Shown here piece by piece: positions 17,572 through 24,000 of a stretch of 24,000 nucleotides of DNA. Under the pieces are notes generated by a model, which worked only from the letters and a program-made list of their open reading frames with translations, had not been told where the DNA came from and ran no database searches. Origin of the DNA: Clostridium tetani (lineage in GTDB: Bacteria > Bacillota > Clostridia > Clostridiales > Clostridiaceae). The position numbers and the translations under genes were made by a program. Location of the stretch: positions 396,770 through 420,769 of the forward strand of contig NZ_FUWT01000002.1 in assembly GCF_900167265.1 (NCBI RefSeq), in the 5' to 3' direction. Each line of letters opens with the position of its first letter. Within the stretch, counting starts at the first letter, position 1.

Positions 17572-18033
17572 ATGAAAGTAACTCGTCATGAAAAAATACT
17601 AGAACTAATTGAAAGAAAAGATATAGAAACTCAAGAAGAATTAGCAGAAGAACTTAGAAAAAGCGGTATAGAAATAACCCAAGCAACGGTTTCTAGAGAT
17701 ATAAAAGAATTAAAACTTATAAAAGTATTAGGAGAACAGGGAAAATATAAATATGCAGCTATAGTAAAAAATGAAAATGATTTATCAGATAAACTTGCAA
17801 ATATATTTTCTCATTCTGTAGTAAGTGTGGAGAATATAAATAATTTTGTTGTAGTAAAAACGTTGTCAGGCTCTGGAAATGCAGCAGCAGAAGCAATAGA
17901 TTCTTTAAATTTTAAAGAAATTGCAGGCACCATAGCAGGGGATAATACTATTTTTATTATGGCAAGAACTTCAGAACAAGCCTTTGAAATAGTTAAAAAA
18001 ATGAAAAGAGTTATAAGAGAACGGGGGGTTTAG
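17572..18033 (+). CDS. argR: Arginine repressor
   Basis: Winged helix 'TQATVSRDIKELKLIK' and C-terminal oligomerisation/arginine-binding 'GTIAGDNTIFIM'. Confidence 0.9.
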   Translation: MKVTRHEKILELIERKDIETQEELAEELRKSGIEITQATVSRDIKELKLIKVLGEQGKYKYAAIVKNENDLSDKLANIFSHSVVSVENINNFVVVKTLSGSGNAAAEAIDSLNFKEIAGTIAGDNTIFIMARTSEQAFEIVKKMKRVIRERGV

Positions 18034-18037
18034 AGCG

Positions 18038-19735
18038 GTGCTTCTACAACTAAATATAAAAAATTTTGCATTAATAGAAGAGCTTAGTATTTCCTTTGAA
18101 AGAGGATTTAATGTGCTTTCAGGTGAAACTGGAGCTGGAAAATCTATTATAATAGATGCAATTAACTATGTTTTAGGTGGAAAATTTAACAAGGAACTAA
18201 TAAGGACAGGGGAAAATAAAACCTTTGTAGAAGCTATCTTTACCTTGGAAAACGAAATGTCCAAAGAAGAACTTATAGATCAAAATATAGAGTATGAAGA
18301 TTGGATAATAGTAAGTAGGGAGAGTTTTCAATCTGGTAAGAGTATAACAAAAGTAAATGGAAGAAGTATATTAATTTCTCAATTAAAAAAAATAACAGAA
18401 ACTTTATTAGATATACATGGGCAACATGAGAATCAAAATCTATTAGACTCTTCAAATCACATAAATTATCTAGATTATTTTCAAGAAAAAAAAATAAAAA
18501 AGTCTTTAAAAGAATATAATTTAATTTATGAAAAGATTAAAGACATAGAAAAAAAAATAAAGGAACTTTCTGGTCAAAATAGTGATAGGGAAAAAATAGT
18601 GGATTTTTTAAAATTTCAAATAGAGGAAATAAATGGTGCAAATTTAAAAGAAGAGGAAGAAAAGGAATTAGAAGAGAAATTTAAATTATTATCTAATTCT
18701 GAGAAGTTTACTAAAGTATTAAACTATAGTTATGAAGTGTTAAAAAATGGAGAAGAAAATGGTAATTCTGTAATAGACACTTTAGATTTAGTTATAAGAG
18801 AATTAGCTTCCATAGAGAAGGATATGAATCATATAGAAAAGGTAAATAAATCCCTAGAGAATATATATTATGTTTTAGAGGAGAATATAAATGAGATAAG
18901 AAATTTAAAGGATAATATATATTATGATGAAGAAGAACTTAATATTATAAATAGTAGACTTTATCAAATAGGAGCATTGAAGAAGAAGTATGCACCAACT
19001 ATCTTTGAAATATTAGAATACAAAGATAAATTAGAAAAACAATATGAGGAACTTGTACATAGTGAAAAAATAATTGAAGAGTTAAATAAAAAAAGAACAA
19101 TTTTAATAAAAGATATAAAAAAAATAGCTTTAGAACTTCATGCAATTAGAGAAGAAGGAGCAATAGATTTAGAACAAAAAGTAAAAAAAGAGCTAGATTA
19201 TATAGGTTTAGAAAAAAGCACTTTTAGAGTATCAGTAGAGTTAAGAGAAGAATTTAAGGAACAAGGCATGGATGGAGTGCAATTTTTAATATCTACAAAC
19301 CCAGGTGAACCATTAAAACCGCTAGAAAAAATTGTGTCTGGAGGAGAACTATCTAGGATAATGCTAGCACTTAAAACTGTATTTGTTGATAAGGATAAAA
19401 TACCATCTGTAATATTTGATGAAATAGATACAGGAATAAGTGGAAGGGTAGCTCAGAGTGTAGCAGAAAAAATGTATTCTATATCTCAAAAACATCAAGT
19501 ATTCTGTGTAACGCATCTTCCACAAATATCTTGTTTTTCAGATACTCATTATTTAGTAAGTAAAAAAGTTAAAGAAAATAAAACATATACAATTATAGAA
19601 AAATTAGATAGTAGTGGTAAGAATGAAGAATTAGCAAAAATGATTGGAGGATCAGAGGTAACAGATTTAACTTTAAAGCATGCTGAAGAAATGATATTTA
19701 TAGCAAATAAAAAGAAGGAAAGCTTAAAAATTTAA
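18038..19735 (+). CDS. recN: DNA repair protein RecN
   Basis: 565 aa. Walker A 'GETGAGKS', long coiled-coil middle, signature 'SGGELSRIMLALK' and Walker B 'VIFDEIDTGISG'. GTG start after a GGGGGG RBS. Confidence 0.95.
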   Translation: MLLQLNIKNFALIEELSISFERGFNVLSGETGAGKSIIIDAINYVLGGKFNKELIRTGENKTFVEAIFTLENEMSKEELIDQNIEYEDWIIVSRESFQSGKSITKVNGRSILISQLKKITETLLDIHGQHENQNLLDSSNHINYLDYFQEKKIKKSLKEYNLIYEKIKDIEKKIKELSGQNSDREKIVDFLKFQIEEINGANLKEEEEKELEEKFKLLSNSEKFTKVLNYSYEVLKNGEENGNSVIDTLDLVIRELASIEKDMNHIEKVNKSLENIYYVLEENINEIRNLKDNIYYDEEELNIINSRLYQIGALKKKYAPTIFEILEYKDKLEKQYEELVHSEKIIEELNKKRTILIKDIKKIALELHAIREEGAIDLEQKVKKELDYIGLEKSTFRVSVELREEFKEQGMDGVQFLISTNPGEPLKPLEKIVSGGELSRIMLALKTVFVDKDKIPSVIFDEIDTGISGRVAQSVAEKMYSISQKHQVFCVTHLPQISCFSDTHYLVSKKVKENKTYTIIEKLDSSGKNEELAKMIGGSEVTDLTLKHAEEMIFIANKKKESLKI

Positions 19736-19750
19736 AAAAATAATAGTATA

Positions 19751-19792
19751 AAAAATCTATAATGCCTCTATATGGTATTATAGATTTTTAAT
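19751..19792 (+). terminator. Rho-independent terminator after recN
   Basis: aaaaatctataatgcc (19751..19766) pairs with ggtattatagattttt (19774..19789) with one mismatch. The hairpin ends in a T-run. Confidence 0.7.
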
Positions 19793-19931
19793 TTACAAAT
19801 AGTGTACGACATATGGCATAAATTTAGTTTATACAAGTAATTCTTGACGTGTTATGAAAACATTTTATAGCATAATAAGATAGTATAAGGGCAACTTAAA
19901 ATTAAATAAATAAAACAGGAGGTTAAAAAGT

Positions 19932-21140
19932 ATGAAGAGAAATAAAGTTAAAATTGGATATTCTTTTTTATTATCCATCCTGTTAATAAGCTTAATCGCC
20001 CTTTCTATACGTTTTTCTATGCCTTCTACGGTTTTTATACGAGAAGGAGATGTCTTTAGTAATAATAAAGTTTCAAAATTAGTAAATACTACTTATATAA
20101 GTAATAATAATGATTCTAAAGATAAAAATTTAAATGTAAATTTATTTGGACTATTAAAGATAAAATCCATTTCTGTGAATAAGGTACCATCAGAATTATC
20201 TGTGTACCCTGGAGGACAGCCTATAGGAGTTAAATTAAATACTGAAGGAGTATTAGTTATAGGACTAAGTGATTTGGAAGGGGAAAAAGGGAAAATTACA
20301 TGTCCTGCAACTTTAGCAGGCATAGAATTAGGAGACAGTATATTAGAAATTAACAATGAAAAGATAGAAAATGGAGAAAAAATTTCATCTATAATAAGTA
20401 AAAGCAATGGAGAAACATTAAAAATTAAAATAGAAAGAAAAGGTAAAATAGTAGAAAAAGAAATGAAAGCTAAACAAAATAAAGATGGAGATTACAAAAT
20501 AGGTCTTTGGGTAAGAGATTCAACTACTGGAGTGGGAACTTTAACTTTCTATGATGATAAAACAAAAAACTTTGCAGCTTTAGGTCATCCTATTACTGAC
20601 ATAGATACAGGTGTTACATTAAATGTAGATACTGGAGAAATTGTACCTTCATCTATAATATCCATTAAAAAAGGTGTAAAAGGAAATCCTGGAGAATTAA
20701 AAGGTATATTTTTAGAGAATAAAAGCTCTATAGGTAATATAAAAAGTAATACTGAATGCGGTATATTTGGTAATATAAATAATAATACAATTTATGATTA
20801 TAATAAAAAAATGAAAGTTGCTCTAAGAGATGAAATAAAAGAAGGTCCTGCCCATATTTTAACCACAATACAAGGAGAAAGACCTAAAAAATATAGCATT
20901 AATATAGAAAAACTTCTGCCACAGGGAGAAGTGGGTCCTAAAAGTATGCTTATAAAAGTTACGGATAAAGAATTATTAGATAAAACAGGTGGAATAGTTC
21001 AAGGAATGAGTGGAAGTCCTATTATACAAAATAATAAAATAGTAGGTGCGGTTACTCACGTATTAATAAATAAGCCTGATACTGGATATGGTATATATAT
21101 TGAGTGGATGTTAAAGGATGCTGAAATAATTAGTAATTAA
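19932..21140 (+). CDS. spoIVB: SpoIVB peptidase (S55), sporulation signalling protease
   Basis: N-terminal TM anchor, a PDZ-like region (GIELGDSILEINNEKI), and S55 catalytic regions 'ALGHPITD' and 'GMSGSPII'. AGGAGG RBS. Conserved position before spo0A. Confidence 0.9.
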   Translation: MKRNKVKIGYSFLLSILLISLIALSIRFSMPSTVFIREGDVFSNNKVSKLVNTTYISNNNDSKDKNLNVNLFGLLKIKSISVNKVPSELSVYPGGQPIGVKLNTEGVLVIGLSDLEGEKGKITCPATLAGIELGDSILEINNEKIENGEKISSIISKSNGETLKIKIERKGKIVEKEMKAKQNKDGDYKIGLWVRDSTTGVGTLTFYDDKTKNFAALGHPITDIDTGVTLNVDTGEIVPSSIISIKKGVKGNPGELKGIFLENKSSIGNIKSNTECGIFGNINNNTIYDYNKKMKVALRDEIKEGPAHILTTIQGERPKKYSINIEKLLPQGEVGPKSMLIKVTDKELLDKTGGIVQGMSGSPIIQNNKIVGAVTHVLINKPDTGYGIYIEWMLKDAEIISN

Positions 21141-21159
21141 TAGAATAAAATAATTAAAT

Positions 21160-21199
21160 AGTAAAAAGAGACTTTACTTACAAAAAGTCCTTTTTACTA
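21160..21199 (+). terminator. Hairpin after spoIVB
   Basis: agtaaaaagagactt pairs with aagtcctttttact, with a one-base bulge and a 9-10-nt loop. There is no clean T-run beyond the stem. Confidence 0.4.
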
Positions 21200-21247
21200 T
21201 TTATAAATCCCTTTTATCCTAATAATGTAAAAAAATTTCTTAAATAA

Positions 21248-21276
21248 AAAGGATTTAACTTTGTTTTGTCGAAATA
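21248..21276 (+). promoter_or_regulatory. Sigma-H-like promoter with overlapping Spo0A box upstream of spo0A
   Basis: aaAGGATTT (21248..21256), 11-nt spacer, gtcGAAAta (21268..21276), against the sigma-H consensus RNAGGAWWW-N11/12-RNNGAATWW (one core mismatch). TGTCGAA (21267..21273) matches the 0A-box consensus TGNCGAA. Confidence 0.4.
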
Positions 21277-21322
21277 GTTAGTTGTTAGGATATGGAATAA
21301 TTTTGTGAAGGGGAGTATATTT

Positions 21323-22141
21323 ATGGAAAATTCAAAAATTAGCATAGTTATTGCAGATGATAATAAGGAATTTTGCAACATATTAAAGGATTATCTCTCA
21401 AATCAAAAAGACATCGAAGTAGTAGGTATTGGAAAAGATGGAGTAGAGGCAATAAAATTAATAGAAGAAAAGAAACCAGATTTAGTAGTATTGGATATAA
21501 TAATGCCACATTTAGATGGATTGGGAGTTTTAGAAAAATTAAATTCAATAGCTACAGATTATATGCCGAGAGTTATAATACTTTCCGCTGTAGGACAAGA
21601 TAAGATAACTCAGAGAGCAATAAATTTAGGAGCGGATTATTATGTGGTAAAACCTTTTGATATGGAGATTTTCGTAAAAAGAATAAGACAAATGTTCAAC
21701 AACACTATATCAGGGGAATCTGTTAGAATAAACAATATTCCCGCAACACAAAGCATGACATTACAGAACACTAATAAAGAGGAGTCTTTTGATTTAGAAA
21801 CAGAAATAACTAATGTAATACATGAAATTGGAGTTCCTGCGCATATAAAAGGATATATGTACTTAAGAGAAGCTATTACTATGGTGGTAAAGGATATGGA
21901 ACTTTTATCAGCGGTGACTAAAGAATTATATCCTTCTATAGCTAAGAAATATAATACCACCGCTAGTAGAGTTGAAAGAGCAATAAGACATGCTATCGAA
22001 GTAGCTTGGTCAAGGGGTCAAGTAGAGACTATTAATAAAATATTTGGATATACTATTCATAATGATAAAGGTAAACCCACAAATTCAGAATTCATAGCTA
22101 TGGTAGCTGATAAATTAAGACTTAAAAATAAAGTAAGTTAG
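21323..22141 (+). CDS. spo0A: Sporulation master response regulator Spo0A
   Basis: Receiver domain '[12 protein letters not shown]...[14 protein letters not shown]' and Spo0A-specific C-terminus '[19 protein letters not shown]' and '[15 protein letters not shown]'. ATG 21323 lies 7 nt after GGGGAG; the ORF-track GTG 21305 is upstream of that RBS. Confidence 0.95.
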   Translation: MENSKISIVIADDNKEFCNILKDYLSNQKDIEVVGIGKDGVEAIKLIEEKKPDLVVLDIIMPHLDGLGVLEKLNSIATDYMPRVIILSAVGQDKITQRAINLGADYYVVKPFDMEIFVKRIRQMFNNTISGESVRINNIPATQSMTLQNTNKEESFDLETEITNVIHEIGVPAHIKGYMYLREAITMVVKDMELLSAVTKELYPSIAKKYNTTASRVERAIRHAIEVAWSRGQVETINKIFGYTIHNDKGKPTNSEFIAMVADKLRLKNKVS

Positions 22142-22268
22142 AGTAGGCGTACCAATGGTTTGAGAGATTTATGTATATACTGTGGGGGCAACAAATACAT
22201 TTTCAAATCAACAAACATATTTAAGTGTTTAACCTCTAATGTTTATAAAAATATTGGAGGTTTTTCTT

Positions 22269-23270
22269 ATGCTAAAAAACAATATTAATTATGCCATTGA
22301 CGATTTTATGTTTTATTGTCAGCAGAAAGATTTAAGACCTAAAACTATAGCGAGCTATGAATCTACTTTAAGATTATTTGCTAGATATTTAGAAGATACA
22401 TTTAGCATTAATAATGTAAAAGACATAACAGAAGAAATGTGTAAAGATTATATTACTTATACAAAGGAAAGAGGTAAATATACTTTTGTAGCAGATAAAA
22501 ATACTACTTTTATTAATCAACCTTCAAATAGAGAAGATTATGGTAAAAAGATTAGCACTACTACAGTTAATAATTATATAAGAAACTTAAAAGTATTTTT
22601 TAATTGGTGCATAGAAGAAAGAATTACAAATGTAAATAATATGCAAAGAATTAAACAGTTTAAGAATAATAGAATTTCAAAAGACCAATTAACAGATGAA
22701 GAATTTAAGAGATTAGTTAGATATTTGGATACTACAAAATACCACGAATTTAGAGATTATGTAATTATACAACTAATAATAGACACAGGTATGCGTATAG
22801 GAGAAACTTTGGCTTTAACAATAGATAATGTAGATTTAGATAGGAGAGCTATATTAATACAAGCAGAAATAAATAAAGGCAGAAAGGATAGATATGTATT
22901 TTATAGTTACACCATGTCCAGACTACTAAAAAGATGGATACAGTATAAAGATAGATATGTAGAATCGGATTTGCTGTTTTGTGTTAAAAGAGGAACCCAA
23001 CTACAAATTAGTAACTTTGAAAAGAATTTTAGTAAATACATAAAAAGAGCAAGAATAGATAAAAAGATAAGCCCACATACCTTAAGGAATAACTATGCTA
23101 GACGTTTTTTATTAGCTGGAGGGTCGATTTTCGATTTATCTAGAATTTTAGGACATAGTTCTGTTACTGTTACAGAAAAAGCATACGCCGATTTAACTAC
23201 AGAAGATATAAGAAAGAATTACCAACTTTTTAGTCCCTTAGAAAATATTGCAAAGGGAGGTAGAAGATAA
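22269..23270 (+). CDS. Tyrosine-type site-specific recombinase/integrase
   Basis: N-terminal SAM-like core-binding domain (FMFYCQQKDLRPKTIASYESTLRLFARYL). Catalytic residues are 'DTGMRIGE' (Arg), 'HTLRNNYA' (His-x-x-Arg) and 'LGHSSVTVTEKAY' (His and Tyr nucleophile). ATG 22269 follows GGAGG (22254..22258). Confidence 0.85.
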   Translation: MLKNNINYAIDDFMFYCQQKDLRPKTIASYESTLRLFARYLEDTFSINNVKDITEEMCKDYITYTKERGKYTFVADKNTTFINQPSNREDYGKKISTTTVNNYIRNLKVFFNWCIEERITNVNNMQRIKQFKNNRISKDQLTDEEFKRLVRYLDTTKYHEFRDYVIIQLIIDTGMRIGETLALTIDNVDLDRRAILIQAEINKGRKDRYVFYSYTMSRLLKRWIQYKDRYVESDLLFCVKRGTQLQISNFEKNFSKYIKRARIDKKISPHTLRNNYARRFLLAGGSIFDLSRILGHSSVTVTEKAYADLTTEDIRKNYQLFSPLENIAKGGRR

Positions 23271-23752
23271 TGGCTAAAAAAAGATTTTGGGAACATACAA
23301 AAACATACATTAAAGATATATTTTTAAGAAAAATCCTGCAAGCTAATCTATCTCCACAGGCAACAAAATTATTATTAATCCTTATGGGACATAAGAATAG
23401 CAATACAGGGCTGTGTAACCCTTCACAAGCACTTCTAAGCAAAGAAATGAATAGAAGTGTTAGAAGTATACAAAGATACTTGCAAGAGCTTGTACAAGCC
23501 GGAATAATAGCGATAGAACGTATTGGTAAAATGATTACTAATAAATATTTTCTGTTAGTAGATAAAGAATTGGAAGAATTTAAAGAACAATATGCAGATG
23601 CAAAGGAAACTACAAATAATATTAAAAATAAATGTAAATCTTATGCAAATAATTATAAAGATAGTAAGAAAAAAGATAGTTGGAATTATGAAGGGCAAAG
23701 GGATGCTAGTTATTATACGGATTTAGCAAAACGGCTATTAGGACATGTTTAG
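23270..23752 (+). CDS. Winged helix-turn-helix protein (plasmid/phage replication-initiator-like or regulator)
   Basis: 160 aa. 'LSPQATKLLLILMGHKNSNTGLCNPSQALLSKEMNRSVRSIQRYLQELVQAGIIAIER' is a typical wHTH of the type seen in Rep/DnaD-like N-terminal domains. The start overlaps the integrase stop (TAATG). The functional assignment is tentative. Confidence 0.55.
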   Translation: MAKKRFWEHTKTYIKDIFLRKILQANLSPQATKLLLILMGHKNSNTGLCNPSQALLSKEMNRSVRSIQRYLQELVQAGIIAIERIGKMITNKYFLLVDKELEEFKEQYADAKETTNNIKNKCKSYANNYKDSKKKDSWNYEGQRDASYYTDLAKRLLGHV

Positions 23753-24000
23753 CAAAGTCCTTTAAGGACTTATGTCAAAAGAAATAAGCACCTGTGAGAG
23801 CCAGTAACTCTTACAAGTGCAGACAATTAAATATCTATCTATCTTATAACACACTTATATTATATACAATTTTTAAAAAAATATCAATGTAAGTGCTTTT
23901 GTCATGTTTAAATTTAAAAAGAAAATCATTATCAATTAATATTTGTGTTTTGTTATTAGTGTTTATTGTTATAAGGTAGTAGGTTGAACCTACTACCTAC

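Larger units (their letters stand above)
22142..24000. mobile_element. Left end of a putative integrated element (integrase + wHTH protein); runs off the window
   Basis: The conserved backbone ends at spo0A. It is followed by a tyrosine recombinase, an overlapping HTH ORF, and an AT-rich non-coding stretch with hairpins. Boundaries and the right end are not visible. Confidence 0.5.

Noticed and set aside
17960-18040. Looked for a LexA (Cheo) box GAAC-N4-GTTC upstream of recN.
   Set aside because: Several GAAC half-sites occur (for example GAACTTCAGAAC), but none is paired with GTTC at the correct spacing. No SOS operator can be supported from this sequence.
21373-21603. 76-aa + strand ORF in an alternative frame inside spo0A.
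   Set aside because: It overlaps the highly conserved Spo0A receiver domain. Its Arg/Ser/Lys-rich composition looks like a frame-shifted artefact, and it has no RBS.
1-24000. Scanned for CRISPR arrays, tRNA/rRNA genes and IS-type terminal inverted repeats.
   Set aside because: No regularly spaced direct repeats, cloverleaf-capable segments or transposase ORFs were seen. The only recombinase is the tyrosine integrase at 22269..23270.

Overview
AT-rich, Clostridium-like Firmicute chromosome. Every credible gene is on the + strand, in the conserved Bacillus/Clostridium backbone order: aroK (5'-truncated), aroQ, M24 Xaa-Pro peptidase, efp, acidic zinc-ribbon ORF, spoIIIAA-AH, asp23-family, nusB, folD, xseA, xseB, ispA, [ORF-free structured RNA], small 4-TM protein, dxs, tlyA-like, nadK, argR, recN, spoIVB, spo0A. 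The standout is the 744-bp gap between ispA and the small membrane protein (12702..13445). It has no ORF of 60 aa or more in any frame, is locally far more G+C-rich than its surroundings, and is full of nested helices closed by a long-range terminal helix. Its size (~580 nt), ornate structure and exact synteny (ispA-RNA-oapA-dxs-tlyA-nadK-argR-recN) match the published OLE (ornate, large, extremophilic) RNA and its partner OapA. This is a described but mechanistically poorly understood ribonucleoprotein, so I do not claim a new class. The second item of interest starts just after spo0A: the backbone ends, no terminator is visible, and a tyrosine integrase with an overlapping winged-HTH protein marks the left edge of an integrated element that runs off the window. 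The remaining observations are smaller: an inverted and direct repeat cluster in an unusual xseA-xseB gap, a long hairpin with a sigma-E-like promoter before spoIIIA, a sigma-H/0A-box arrangement before spo0A, and an operator-like palindrome before efp. No CRISPR array, tRNA or rRNA was seen. All promoter, terminator and RNA calls were made by eye and need computational confirmation.
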